From Syntrophales bacterium (GTDB lineage Bacteria; Desulfobacterota; Syntrophia; Syntrophales; UBA2192): a stretch of DNA of 64,000 nucleotides. Shown here one piece after another: positions 17,466 to 27,722 of the stretch. Below the pieces are notes generated by a model. The model had not been told where the DNA came from and ran no database searches. It saw only the letters and a list, made by a program, of their open reading frames with translations. The first letter of the stretch is position 1, and the number at the start of each line of letters is the position of its first letter. The DNA lies in the NCBI GenBank assembly GCA_035450185.1, contig DAOTMG010000004.1, forward strand, positions 10,046 to 74,045, given 5' to 3'. A program made the position numbers and the translations under genes.

Positions 17466-18860
17466 ATGACAAAAGAGCATGACATTTCGGCGGATGTGAC
17501 GATCCTCGCGATCGACGATGAGCAGGACTTTTTGGACAGCGTCAGACGGGGTCTGATCATGTCGGGATTCAAGAAAATCATCCTTTACAGTGACCCGAGA
17601 GATGCTGTGACGTTTCTGGAAAAGGGCGGCCGGGCGGATATCGCCCTCCTCGACATTTCCATGCCCTGGATGAAAGGCACGGAACTTCTCAAATACATCA
17701 AGGAGATCGATCCATCCATCGAGTGCATCATGGTGACGGCAATCGATGAAGCCCGATCGGCTGTGGACTGCCTGAAGGCCGGTGCCTACGACTACCTGGT
17801 CAAACCCTTGGTGAGGGATGACCTGCTCGCAGCGATCCATCGGGTCGCAGAAAAAAGAAAAATGATGGGGGCCCTTGCCCATTCCGAGTCGGGACAGTTG
17901 CCCCCGGGGATCCGCTCGGAGGTTTTCAAGACTATCATTACAGGCTCCGAAAGAATGATGCACATCCTGAAAGAAGCCGAACTTCATGCCCGGAGCGATG
18001 TGCCGGTTCTGATCACGGGGGAGAGCGGAACGGGAAAAGAGTTGCTCGCCAAAGCGATACATCTTGCGAGTCCCCGTGCCCGATCGCCCTTCCTATCCGT
18101 TAACATGGCGGCCCTGACGGGCAACCTCTTTGATGCGGAATTTTTCGGACACACGCGAGGAGCCTTCACCGGTGCGGAAAAGGACAGGATCGGTTACCTG
18201 GAAGCGACACACAGGGGTACGCTCTTCCTGGACGAAATCGGTGATCTGCCCGTCGAAGTCCAGGGGAAGCTCCTGAGAGTCCTTCAGGAAGGCGAATTCA
18301 TCAAACTCGGCACCAGCAAGACCATGAAGGTGGATGTCCGGTTCATCGCGGCGACGAATGCAGACATCGACCACCTGATGGCCAAAGGGGAATTCCGCAA
18401 AGATCTGTATTTTCGTCTGAAGGTCGCCCGGATCCATCTCCCGCCGCTCAGGGAAAGAAAAGAGGACATCCCCTTCCTCGTCGGCGATTTTTTGAAAGGC
18501 GGGCAAGACGGGTCCAGAGGTATCGACGTCGAGGAGAATGCGATGTCTCTCCTGATGGATTACGACTTTCCGGGCAACGTCCGGGAACTCCGATCCATCC
18601 TCCAGACTGCCGTGAATCTCTCACAGGGGAGACGTTTGGCATTGAGACACCTGCCGGACTATGTGAGGAAAGGCAGAAAAACCGCTTCGAAGACGGTTCT
18701 CCCCGATGGACGGTCCGTGATCTCCCTTTCGGAGACGGAAAAATCACACATCCTCAGGGTCTACAATGAAACCGGCGGCAACAAGATGAAGACGGCAAGG
18801 CTGCTTGGCATCGGTCTGAACACGCTTCGGAGAAAGCTGACATCCTATGGCATCAGTTGA
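17466..18860 (+). CDS. sigma-54-dependent response regulator (NtrC family: REC-AAA+-Fis HTH)
   Basis: 464-aa ORF with a receiver (ILAIDDEQDF...DIALLDISMP), Walker A GESGTGKE, GAFTGA loop (GAFTGAEKD), and a C-terminal HTH (GNKMKTARLLGIGLNTLRRKL). Confidence 0.9.
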   Translation: MTKEHDISADVTILAIDDEQDFLDSVRRGLIMSGFKKIILYSDPRDAVTFLEKGGRADIALLDISMPWMKGTELLKYIKEIDPSIECIMVTAIDEARSAVDCLKAGAYDYLVKPLVRDDLLAAIHRVAEKRKMMGALAHSESGQLPPGIRSEVFKTIITGSERMMHILKEAELHARSDVPVLITGESGTGKELLAKAIHLASPRARSPFLSVNMAALTGNLFDAEFFGHTRGAFTGAEKDRIGYLEATHRGTLFLDEIGDLPVEVQGKLLRVLQEGEFIKLGTSKTMKVDVRFIAATNADIDHLMAKGEFRKDLYFRLKVARIHLPPLRERKEDIPFLVGDFLKGGQDGSRGIDVEENAMSLLMDYDFPGNVRELRSILQTAVNLSQGRRLALRHLPDYVRKGRKTASKTVLPDGRSVISLSETEKSHILRVYNETGGNKMKTARLLGIGLNTLRRKLTSYGIS

Positions 18861-18969
18861 ACGTCGCTCGCTTCTGTTGAATATATTTCGGTATCCGGCC
18901 GGTCCCTTACCCGCCGGTTTTTTATATTGCCCGGTCTTCACCCCCCATTTCTTACGGCCTGCCTGAATC

Positions 18970-18987
18970 GACCATTCCAAAATGGCA
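18970..18987 (+). promoter_or_regulatory. 18-nt conserved upstream motif GACCATTCCAAAATGGCA, copy 2
   Basis: Identical to 14384-14401 and 176 bp upstream of the -24 element at 19146. Confidence 0.45.
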
Positions 18988-19145
18988 CAGTGCTTTTAAC
19001 TTACCGAACTCTCGCTGTTTTTAATCGAAGGCGTCCCGAGTCGGCACAGCGGCGGCGTGTCTTAAAAGGAAGAGTCCGAAAAGCAACATATTTTAACTAT
19101 ATAATAATATGAACGATTTTTCTTCAGGTGAGCCGCTGGCAAAGG

Positions 19146-19160
19146 TGGCACGTCCGGTGC
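19146..19160 (+). promoter_or_regulatory. sigma-54 (-24/-12) promoter candidate
   Basis: TGGCACGTCCGGTGC is 67 nt upstream of the preferred start ATG 19227. It differs from the 14562 element at one position. Confidence 0.6.
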
Positions 19161-19226
19161 TCATACAGTGTGCCATATGCGGGAGAACATCCCGAGGTGA
19201 CCGCAACCGATAAAGGACACCGTTAC

Positions 19227-19934
19227 ATGTCGACGGATGACAGTCAGAACAAGCAAATCTGCATTATCGGCCCCCTGAAGGTTCAGAACGATGCGCTGGC
19301 CCGCTATCTAGAGGAAAACCTGGGCGTCGAGTGCACGAAGCTCGCACTGGACGACGGTATGACGCTTCCGGAGAGAGTGCAGGGTAAAAAATCCGTTCTT
19401 TTTCTTATCGACAGTTTCGAAGCAAACCTCACGGCGAAGATATCAGCATTGAAAAACAGGTTCAGAGATGTCCTTTATGAATTCTACATCTGCCTGTTCA
19501 ATATCCGGCCGGATCGAAGCATGGCTGAAGAGACGTTAAACCGGTCGGTTCAGGGGATTTTTTATATCGATGACGATATCCAGAATCTCATCAGAGGCAT
19601 TCAGGCCGTATTCAACGGTGAGTTGTGGATATCCCGTCGGATCCTGACCCGATTGATTCAGAATCACGCGGCGGGACGGCAGGTCGAGGAGGTGAACGCG
19701 GATATTCTGACGGCGCGGGAGATCGAGATCCTGTACCTGCTCGCCACCGGCAAGGACCAGACCGCGATCGGGAATACCCTGTTCATCAGCCCTCACACGG
19801 TGAGAACACATCTTTCCAACGTGTTCAGAAAGATCGGGGTGAGGAACCGGATCGAGGCCAAGGTGTGGTTTGAGAAGAATCGCACGGCCCTGAGGCCGGA
19901 GACGAAAAGGGCCGGAGTCCGGATCGGGAAGTAA
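19227..19934 (+). CDS. CsgD/LuxR-family transcriptional regulator (pseudo-receiver + LuxR HTH)
   Basis: ORF 19128-19934. The start is set at ATG 19227 (MSTDDSQNKQICIIGP) so the promoter at 19146 is not inside the gene. HTH: LTAREIEILYLLATGKDQTAIGNTLFISPHTVRTHLSNVFRKI. Confidence 0.8.
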   Translation: MSTDDSQNKQICIIGPLKVQNDALARYLEENLGVECTKLALDDGMTLPERVQGKKSVLFLIDSFEANLTAKISALKNRFRDVLYEFYICLFNIRPDRSMAEETLNRSVQGIFYIDDDIQNLIRGIQAVFNGELWISRRILTRLIQNHAAGRQVEEVNADILTAREIEILYLLATGKDQTAIGNTLFISPHTVRTHLSNVFRKIGVRNRIEAKVWFEKNRTALRPETKRAGVRIGK

Positions 19935-20039
19935 GATGGAATGTTTTATTTTTCCCTGCCGGCTGCGGTGAACCGAAGAAGCGTAAAAAAGAGGCACCCT
20001 GCGGGCAGGGACAGGAAGCCTATCGAAGGGAAAGAGATA

Positions 20040-20192
20040 ATGACGATGTTCTCATGGTTATCGAGACCCTTTTTCTTCTACCTGCTCCTGTTGTTCATGA
20101 TCGCCTATTACATGTATGACATGGCCTTTGGTGCCGTCTCGGAAATTGCAGAGCACATTGGTGTGTCCGTCTGCCGGTCTATAGGGCCGTGA
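20040..20192 (+). CDS. possible small membrane protein
   Basis: Internal ATG of ORF 19941-20192 gives MTMFSWLSRPFFFYLLLLFMIAYYMY... with one TM. The RBS is weak and there is no homology signal. Confidence 0.3.
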   Translation: MTMFSWLSRPFFFYLLLLFMIAYYMYDMAFGAVSEIAEHIGVSVCRSIGP

Positions 20193-20619
20193 TGAACATT
20201 TTTCAGGACAAGCATTACGCCTGCTTTGAGATACGCAAGTTGAGCATCTGACCCCTTTGAAATTCCGGGTCCCGCTCTCGATCACGGGACCGGCTGTCAC
20301 CGTGCTCAATGTCGTCCTGCCACGTTGCCTCCATCACTTTGATCAGATCCGCCGAAATCCATTTCAGACGACTCTCCAGCGGCAAAATGAATGCAAGCTT
20401 CAGCCGGACCGGGGGAAAGCCGCCGGATCCCGTAGGAAAATTTTTTAGGGCCCTTCCAAGGGGTGCAGAGACAGCACGGAATCTGCAAAAGAACCGTTGA
20501 ATTGACTCATTCTTTCTGATATTTCACCGGATCAGTTCCTGAAAGGGTGATCGGGAAGCGGAATCACGTCGAAAGAGACGCCGTTCGCGCACGCGTCGAA
20601 TGGGCGGAAGAGGGGCGGC

Positions 20620-21663
20620 ATGACAGCGGTGCCAGATCTAGGTGAAGGCCTGAACTCGCTGAACGGGAAACAGAGAAAAAAGAAGATGGTCGTCTTTTCG
20701 GCGCTCGCGGTCTTCGTGGCCGTGATCATCGTGTCGTCGCTCCTTTATTTCCAGTACCGGAAGACTCACGTGAGCACCGACGACGCCTTCGTCGACGGTC
20801 GCGTTTATCTCGTCGCCTCGAAGATCCCGGGTACGGTGAAGGTCCTTCACGTCACGGACAACCAGATGGTGAAGAAGAATGACGTCCTTGTTGAAGTCGA
20901 CCCCGCCGACTACGATGTGAAGGTGCTGGAAGCACAGGCCGGCTTTGAGGCCGCGAAGAATCAGTTCGTCGAGTTCCAGGCCTCGCTCGAATCGGCCCGT
21001 GCCAACCTCGAAGCGCAGGAGTCCCTCCTCCACAAGGCCGAGATCGATTTCCAGAGGGCCGACTCCCTGGTCAGGGAAGACCTCGTGACGAAGGAATTTT
21101 TCGACCAGAAGAAAACCGGCCTCGATGTGGCCCGGGCTCAGGTCAAAGCCGCGAGGGAACTCGTGAGAAAGACGGAGGCATCCCTGGGAACGCAAAAGGC
21201 CGTCATCCGGCACGCCCGGTCCTCCCTCCAGGGAGCGACGCTGAATCAGAGTTACACGAAAATCTCGGCCCCCGCCGATGGGTACGTGACCAAGCGGAAC
21301 GTGGAGGTCGGGAATCGGGTTCAAACCGGCCAGCCCCTGCTCGCCGTTGTGTCGCTTTCGCCGGGGGATGTCTGGATCACGGCCAATTACAAGGAGACGG
21401 ATCTGACCCGGGTGAAACCCGGCCAGAAGGTCAGGGTCAAGGTGGATACCTATCCGGGCAGGGTTCTTCACGGGAGGGTGGAGAGCATCATGGCCGGCAC
21501 GGGATCCGCTTTTTCACTCTTCCCGCCTGAAAACGCCACGGGCAATTATGTGAAAGTGGTCCAGAGAATTCCCGTCAAAATCGTGCTGGACGAAGCGAAC
21601 CGGAAGGACCCGGTGCTCCGGATCGGCATGTCCGTCGTGCCGACGATTCTGACCGATCAGTGA
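20620..21663 (+). CDS. HlyD/EmrA-family membrane fusion protein
   Basis: 347-aa ORF with an N-terminal TM, then STDDAFVDGRVYLVASKIPGTV...VEVDPADY, a coiled-coil, and ...ITANYKETDL...VKVDTYPG, which is typical of EmrA. Confidence 0.85.
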   Translation: MTAVPDLGEGLNSLNGKQRKKKMVVFSALAVFVAVIIVSSLLYFQYRKTHVSTDDAFVDGRVYLVASKIPGTVKVLHVTDNQMVKKNDVLVEVDPADYDVKVLEAQAGFEAAKNQFVEFQASLESARANLEAQESLLHKAEIDFQRADSLVREDLVTKEFFDQKKTGLDVARAQVKAARELVRKTEASLGTQKAVIRHARSSLQGATLNQSYTKISAPADGYVTKRNVEVGNRVQTGQPLLAVVSLSPGDVWITANYKETDLTRVKPGQKVRVKVDTYPGRVLHGRVESIMAGTGSAFSLFPPENATGNYVKVVQRIPVKIVLDEANRKDPVLRIGMSVVPTILTDQ

Positions 21664-23228
21664 TCGAGGGTGCGGGTCGTATGAACAAGTGGCTCGTCGC
21701 CGTAACGGTCATGCTTCCCACCGTCGTCCAGATCATCGATACCTCCATCGTCAATGTCTCCCTCGATCACATCCGCGGGAGCCTCTCCGCAGGGGTCGAC
21801 GAATCCACCTGGGTCATCACGTCCTATCTCGCGGCCAATGCCATCGTCATCCCGATGACCGGGTGGCTGAGCCGGCTCTTCGGCAGGAAACGGTACCTGA
21901 TGGGTTCCGTCTTTTTCTTCACCCTGACCTCGTTGCTCTGCGGAATTTCCTGGAGTCTCCCCGCCCTCATCGTATTCAGGGTCTTCCAGGGCGCCGCCGG
22001 CGGCGCCCTTCAGCCTCTTTCACAGGCGATCCTGCTCGAAACGTTTCCACCCCGTCAGCACGGGATGGCCATGGCCATTTACGGCATGGGGGTGATGTTC
22101 GGGCCGATCATCGGGCCGCTCCTGGGCGGCTGGATCACGGACAACTGGTCGTGGCACTGGGTTTTCTTCATCAATGTCCCGATCGGGATCGTCTCCATTC
22201 TGATGACCTTCTCTTTCATCATCGATCCTCCCTATGTGGAGAAAAGAAAGATGAAGATCGACTACATGGGTCTGTCGCTTCTCACCGTCGGGATCGGCTG
22301 CCTGCAGATCATGCTGGACCGGGGGCAACGGGAAGACTGGTTTGCCTCCGGCTTCATATTCTGGTTATGCATCATTTCCTTCACGGCCCTTGCCGCCTTT
22401 GTCGTCAACGAGCTTTTCGCGGAGAACCCCGTCGTGCAGTTCAGGATCTTAAGAAACCCGGCCTTCACCGCCGGAAACATCATCGGATTTTTCACCTTTT
22501 TCTGTCTTTTCGGGAGCATCGTCCTTCTGCCGATCTATCTGCAGACCCTGATGGGCTACACGGCCTTCCTGGCCGGTCTCGTCCTGGGACCCGGTGGGCT
22601 CATGTCGATGATTGCCATGCCCATCGCCGGCAGGCTGGTCACGAAAATGAACCCCAGGGTTCTCCTCGGCTCCGGGGTGGCCATGACCGCCTTTTCGATA
22701 TTCATGATGGCGAAGTTCAGCCTCTTCGCCGATTTCGACGCCATCGTCTGGCCGCGGATCGTCATGGGCTTCGGAATGGGCCTGCTGATTGTCCCCCTGA
22801 TGACTCTCACCATGTCGTGGGTGAAGAAGGAGGACATGGGGAACGCCTCGTCCATCTTCAATTTCACCCGGATGCTCGGCGGGAGCTTCGGTGTGGCTTT
22901 TGCCTCCACGGTGCTCTCCCGCAGGGTACAGTTCCATCACTCCCATCTGGCAGGGAACATGAGCCTCCTGGACCGGAATTTTCAGGTGGCCCTGCCGCAG
23001 GTCTCTCAGACCCTTCAAGACCAGGGCTTCGCGCCGGCCCTGCTGGACCCCGGGAGTCTGGGCACCATTTACAAGGAACTGATGCGGCAGGCGACCATGC
23101 TGGCCTTCAACGACACCTTCTATGTCCTGGCGGTGGCGATGACCTGTTCTATCCTCCTTCTCCTGCTCATGCGGAGCAGCGAACATCAGGAGGAAGAGGG
23201 CGTAAGAAGGGAACTGATCCTCGAGTGA
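21660..23228 (+). CDS. MFS DHA2-family (EmrB/QacA-type, 14-TMS) efflux transporter
   Basis: 522-aa ORF overlapping the MFP stop. It has DHA2 motifs (LDHIRGSL, GWLSRLFGRKR, FRVFQGAAGGAL). An alternative ATG is at 21681. Confidence 0.85.
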   Translation: MIEGAGRMNKWLVAVTVMLPTVVQIIDTSIVNVSLDHIRGSLSAGVDESTWVITSYLAANAIVIPMTGWLSRLFGRKRYLMGSVFFFTLTSLLCGISWSLPALIVFRVFQGAAGGALQPLSQAILLETFPPRQHGMAMAIYGMGVMFGPIIGPLLGGWITDNWSWHWVFFINVPIGIVSILMTFSFIIDPPYVEKRKMKIDYMGLSLLTVGIGCLQIMLDRGQREDWFASGFIFWLCIISFTALAAFVVNELFAENPVVQFRILRNPAFTAGNIIGFFTFFCLFGSIVLLPIYLQTLMGYTAFLAGLVLGPGGLMSMIAMPIAGRLVTKMNPRVLLGSGVAMTAFSIFMMAKFSLFADFDAIVWPRIVMGFGMGLLIVPLMTLTMSWVKKEDMGNASSIFNFTRMLGGSFGVAFASTVLSRRVQFHHSHLAGNMSLLDRNFQVALPQVSQTLQDQGFAPALLDPGSLGTIYKELMRQATMLAFNDTFYVLAVAMTCSILLLLLMRSSEHQEEEGVRRELILE

Positions 23229-23291
23229 GCCGGATCGTCCCGTTCTCCGGCTCCACCGCCCGCGGCCGGGAACAGTTCCTTCTTCCCTCAA

Positions 23292-24260
23292 TCAGAACGC
23301 CCTGTAGATGATTTGATCCCGGCTTTTTATCTCTTCGATGACCCTTTCGTGCACAAGTTCGACGAGGTGGACATAGGTTTCGTTCAGGGCGAGGAAGCTG
23401 TCGAATTCGGGCAGGCCGTCACCGAAGATGTCCCTGGATACCTCGAAGGCGGTCTGTGGCCCCCTCCGGACGGATTCGCAAGCCAGCCCTTTCCGGATGT
23501 CGTGATGGGATTCGATCTCCCGGATCCTCTCGGCCAGATTCGGGAAAGGGTCCCCGTGCGCCGGATAGACTTTACCGACGGGGAGGGCCCGGATTCGTGA
23601 CAGCGAGTCGAGGAAGCTCCCGAGAGGCCGAAAATCAGGGAAGAAGATATCGGGGCTCAGGTTGGGTGTAATTTCCGGAAGCACGTGGTCTCCCGAGAGG
23701 AGAAGGCCCTCTTCGGGGAAGTAATAGGAGGTGTGGTCGCGGGTGTGCCCGGGGGTGGCGATAGCCTGAAATTCCGTTTTACCGACGATCTGGCTGGAAT
23801 CGGCACGGAAACACCGGTCGATCCGGAAGGGGCTCCCGGCGGTCTTGAAAGCCTGGAACAGCCGGATGACGAAATTCGTGGTCGATTCCGGGAGCCCGTG
23901 AATCAGGCAGAAGTCCCGGATGCGGCGGATGAGTTCCGTCTCGTCGCTCCGCGCCGAGAGCACTTCCCGGCTGATGTCCGACGCATGGATTTCCGCTCCC
24001 GACAGCCCCTTGATCCGTCCGGCCATCCCGCAGTGATCGAGATGATGATGAGTGATGTAGATCCGGGCGATGTCCCGAACGCCCCTGTGAAGGGTCCTCA
24101 GCGACTCATCGAGGATCACGACCGTCTCCGGTGTGTTGAGACCCGTGTCAAAGAGTGTGATCTCGCCGTTGTGGATGAGAACGAAGACATGCACGTGCCT
24201 CAGTCGGAACGGCATGGGGAGGGTGATCATGAAAAGGTCTTGGGAGATTTCTTCGATCAA
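23292..24260 (-). CDS. MBL-fold metallo-hydrolase
   Basis: HxHxDH motif (ITHHHLDHCG) and TPGHTRDH. The track ORF (to 24683) is an artefactual extension through the PaaI gene. I use the TTG at 24260, which overlaps the PaaI stop (TTGA). An alternative ATG is at 24240. Confidence 0.75.
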   Translation of the reverse strand: MIEEISQDLFMITLPMPFRLRHVHVFVLIHNGEITLFDTGLNTPETVVILDESLRTLHRGVRDIARIYITHHHLDHCGMAGRIKGLSGAEIHASDISREVLSARSDETELIRRIRDFCLIHGLPESTTNFVIRLFQAFKTAGSPFRIDRCFRADSSQIVGKTEFQAIATPGHTRDHTSYYFPEEGLLLSGDHVLPEITPNLSPDIFFPDFRPLGSFLDSLSRIRALPVGKVYPAHGDPFPNLAERIREIESHHDIRKGLACESVRRGPQTAFEVSRDIFGDGLPEFDSFLALNETYVHLVELVHERVIEEIKSRDQIIYRAF

Positions 24261-24694
24261 CGATGACGGCCTCCCTTTTCTTTTCTCACGATGCTGAAGG
24301 ACGCCGAGCCCTTGGCGATGAGCTTTTTTGTCTCGTCCAGTATTTCCGCCTCGGCGTGGGCCAGGCGCCTGCCGCGGTGGATCATCCTGCCGTAAGCCGT
24401 GAGTTCGCCGGGGCCTGCCGGCGCGAAATAATGCATCTGCAGGGACGTCGTGACGATCGTCTCGCCCGTGGCCAGAGACGGCAGCACGGAGATGCCGCAG
24501 GTGGAATCCGCAAGGGCTGCCAGCACTCCTCCATGAACCGTTCCCCAGAGGTTCTTGTGTTTCTGTCCCGCCTTCACCCTGACGACGGAACCTTCCGGAC
24601 CCGTCGAGAGCATCTTCATGGAGATGGTCTTGTAGAAAGGCGACTGGTTCACGTGTTTCCTGATGGCATCCGGGTCTCCCCATGCGTGTGTCAT
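24257..24694 (-). CDS. PaaI-family hotdog-fold thioesterase
   Basis: 145-aa ORF with NLWGTVHGGVLAALADSTCG...TTSLQMHYFAP...GRMIHRGRRLAHAEAEI, which is diagnostic of PaaI/4HBT thioesterases. Confidence 0.8.
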   Translation of the reverse strand: MTHAWGDPDAIRKHVNQSPFYKTISMKMLSTGPEGSVVRVKAGQKHKNLWGTVHGGVLAALADSTCGISVLPSLATGETIVTTSLQMHYFAPAGPGELTAYGRMIHRGRRLAHAEAEILDETKKLIAKGSASFSIVRKEKGGRHR

Positions 24695-24854
24695 TGGACT
24701 CCCCCTGTTCTTACGGTTTGACAGCCGCGGGAAAGTATAGGTCAGCCCTCACCGGCTGTAAAGACAAAAACCATTCCCTCGGGGCGTCATTTCCCGTTGA
24801 TTTCCCGAAAGGTTTCTGTCAAGACACACGGAAAGGAATCAGGGGGATCAAAGG

Positions 24855-25703
24855 ATGGACTGCCGCAGGGGAGAAGTCGGAATCGAGACCAAGGACGGTG
24901 TCGCAGCCGGTATAACGATTTTCACGGGGGATGTTCCCCCCGGGTCGCCCGTCCTGGTCTGCATGCCCGCCATGGGAGTGGCCGCGAAATTCTATGAACC
25001 TCTCGCGGAGCCGATGGTGAAAGAGGGCTGGCACCTCATCACGGCCGACCTGCGGGGAAACGGATTGAGTTCCCTGCGGGCCGCCCGGGGCGTTTCCTTC
25101 GGATTTCACGAGATGGTGGCCTATGACTGGCCCGCCGTTATGGAGACGGCGAAAGCACTCTTCCCCGGCTCTCCCCTTTATCTCCTGGGCCACAGCCTGG
25201 GGGGGCAGTTGAGTGCGCTCTATCTCGCCGCAAACCCCGGGACGGGTTCCGGTCTCGTTCTCGTTGCGGCACCATCGGTCCACTACCGGGGTTGGGGGTT
25301 TCCGCTGAACCTGGCCGTCCTGGCGGGGACACAGTCGGCCTGTCTGATCGCTCGAGCCCTGGGGTATTTCCCGGGCAGAAGGATCGGATTCGGCGGCACG
25401 GAGGCCAGGGGGGTGATCTGCGACTGGGCGCACACGGGTCGCACGGGTCGGTACGAACCGGCCGGGAGCGCCGTCGATTACGAAGGGCTCCTCGGGGAAA
25501 TGGAACTCCCTGTTCTGGCCGTTTCCTTCGAGGTGGATCTTCTTGCGCCCGAACGGGCCGTAGCGAACTTCTGCGCCAAGATGAAACGGTGCCGGATCAC
25601 CCATCATCATCTGTGGGACGAGGACCTGGGTCATCTCCAGTGGATGAGAAATCCCCGACCCGTCATCGAGAGGATCCGGGAGTGGCTGCAAAAAGAGGGA
25701 TGA
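24855..25703 (+). CDS. alpha/beta-fold hydrolase
   Basis: 282-aa ORF with nucleophile elbow GHSLGG and alpha/beta hydrolase order. Confidence 0.75.
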   Translation: MDCRRGEVGIETKDGVAAGITIFTGDVPPGSPVLVCMPAMGVAAKFYEPLAEPMVKEGWHLITADLRGNGLSSLRAARGVSFGFHEMVAYDWPAVMETAKALFPGSPLYLLGHSLGGQLSALYLAANPGTGSGLVLVAAPSVHYRGWGFPLNLAVLAGTQSACLIARALGYFPGRRIGFGGTEARGVICDWAHTGRTGRYEPAGSAVDYEGLLGEMELPVLAVSFEVDLLAPERAVANFCAKMKRCRITHHHLWDEDLGHLQWMRNPRPVIERIREWLQKEG

Positions 25704-25884
25704 CCAATATTCTGTAGAAAACAGCCCACGACCTGTAGTATTGAAAGCAGGAACCGAGCCCTGTCTGCCGGTGTTCCGATCTGCAGGGGGAACACAGGGA
25801 TCCAAGAGGGATGGCGGAGTTCATGAGGTGAAGCTCCCACAACAGGCCGTAATGGATTCGCCGGGCTTCAGCGGAGGGTGTCCG

Positions 25885-27699
25885 ATGACAAATTTCAAAG
25901 AAACATCCATGGGGGCCATATTCCAGAACAGGGTCCGGGAATACGGGGACAGGACGCTCGTGAAGTACAAAAACAGACAGGGGGTGTGGGAGGACATCTC
26001 CTGGAACGGGCTCAACGGCATGGTGCGGGAGATGGGCATGTTTTTGATCAACCGGGGGATCCGGCCCGGCGACAAGGTGGCCCTGTTTTCAGCCAACCGC
26101 TACGAATGGTGGGTCGGCGATCTGGCCATCATCTCCGTGGGTGCGGTGAACGTGCCCATCTATGCCACGAATTCCGCGGAAGAGGCCCGCTACATCATCG
26201 AACATTCGGACTCCCGGATGTGCTTCGTCGGCGCCCGGGAGCACATGGATAAAATCCTCCGGATCAAAGACAAACTTCCGTATCTGGGGGAGATCATCAT
26301 CTTCGACGATCTCGACGAACCTGTTCCCGGCGTGACCACGTTTCAGGATGCCTGCAGGGAGGGAAAGGCGGCCGGCAACCCGGACGAATTCGACAAACGT
26401 CTGACCCCCATCGACATCGACGACGTGGCCACCATCATTTACACCTCGGGCACCACCGGCAATCCAAAGGGCGTCATGCTGACCCACAAGAACTTCGTGG
26501 CCAATGTCAATCAGGTTCAGACGGCAGACCCCGAATTCTTCCTGGGTGACCACACATTCCTTTCATTCCTGCCGCTTGCGCACTCGTTGGAGAGAACGTG
26601 CGGATACTATCTCCCGATCTTTCTCGGCCACAAGGTCGCCTTCGCCGAGGGTCCGGAAAAGCTCCTAGAGAACTTCAATGAGATCAGGCCCACCTTCATC
26701 ATCAGTGTGCCGCGCATCTATGAGAAGATGCATTCGGGAATCCTCGCGAAGGTCGCCGGTGCACCCCCGGTCAAGAAAAGGCTTTTCAACTGGGCCATGG
26801 GCGTCGCAAAAGAGAACCTGCCCTATGTCTGCGAGAACAGGGAAAGGACCGGCCTGTTTGCCTTCAAGTACAATCTGGCGGACAGGCTCATCTTCAGCAA
26901 GCTCCGGGCGGCGATCGGCATGGACAGACTCTACTGTGCCGTCTCCGGCGGCGCTCCCCTGTCGGTCTCTGATGCGGAGTTCTTCATCGGCATGGGGATC
27001 AGGGTGATCGAGGGGTTCGGCCTCACCGAGACGACGCCGGTCACAAACGCCAACCTGCCCAGGCGCATCAAGCCGGGCACTGTGGGTCCCGCCGTGAAAG
27101 ACACCATCGTCAGAATCTCTGAAGACGGCGAAATCTTAATCAAGGGGCCCCAGATCATGAAGGGGTACTACAAGAACGAGACGGCAACCCGGGATGCCTT
27201 TACACCCGATGGCTTCTTCCGGACCGGGGATATCGGTGAAATCGACAGGGACGGCTATCTGAAGATCACCGGCAGGATGAAGGATCTCATTATTACATCC
27301 GGCGGCAAAAACATCTCCCCCCAGAATGTCGAGCAGGCCCTCCAGGCATCCCCCTTTATCGAGCAGCTCGCCGTCATCGGCGACAATCGCAAATACCTCT
27401 CGGCTCTTCTTGTCCCTTCCTATACGGCGCTGGAGAGCTGGGCGAGGCAGAACAACATTGCCTTCACCGGCCGAAAGGACCTGATCTCCCGAGACAAAGT
27501 CAGGCAGCTCTATCAGACCGAGATCGAGCGGTGCATGAAGGACTTCGCCCCCGTTGAGCAGGTCCGGAAGTTCGTGCTGCTGGAAACCGAATGGTCCCAG
27601 GATACGGGGGAGCTCACGCCCACCCTGAAGTTGAAGAGAAAGGTGATCAACCAGAAGTACGCTTCCCAGATCGAATCCATGTATCCGCCGGGGTCATAG
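25885..27699 (+). CDS. long-chain fatty-acid--CoA ligase (AMP-forming)
   Basis: ORF 25741-27699. The start is set at ATG 25885 (GGAGGG 7 nt upstream). AMP-binding motif IIYTSGTTGNPKGVMLTH, with TGD...GRxKD and ...KLKRK. Confidence 0.85.
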   Translation: MTNFKETSMGAIFQNRVREYGDRTLVKYKNRQGVWEDISWNGLNGMVREMGMFLINRGIRPGDKVALFSANRYEWWVGDLAIISVGAVNVPIYATNSAEEARYIIEHSDSRMCFVGAREHMDKILRIKDKLPYLGEIIIFDDLDEPVPGVTTFQDACREGKAAGNPDEFDKRLTPIDIDDVATIIYTSGTTGNPKGVMLTHKNFVANVNQVQTADPEFFLGDHTFLSFLPLAHSLERTCGYYLPIFLGHKVAFAEGPEKLLENFNEIRPTFIISVPRIYEKMHSGILAKVAGAPPVKKRLFNWAMGVAKENLPYVCENRERTGLFAFKYNLADRLIFSKLRAAIGMDRLYCAVSGGAPLSVSDAEFFIGMGIRVIEGFGLTETTPVTNANLPRRIKPGTVGPAVKDTIVRISEDGEILIKGPQIMKGYYKNETATRDAFTPDGFFRTGDIGEIDRDGYLKITGRMKDLIITSGGKNISPQNVEQALQASPFIEQLAVIGDNRKYLSALLVPSYTALESWARQNNIAFTGRKDLISRDKVRQLYQTEIERCMKDFAPVEQVRKFVLLETEWSQDTGELTPTLKLKRKVINQKYASQIESMYPPGS

Positions 27700-27722
27700 G
27701 TGAGCGCGCAGGGAAGAACCGG

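Noticed and set aside
23292-24683. 463-aa version of the MBL hydrolase ORF
   Set aside because: The N-terminal 140 aa are Arg/Gly/Pro-rich nonsense and overlap the PaaI thioesterase gene in another frame. The MBL fold begins at LIEEISQDLF, so the start was moved to 24260.
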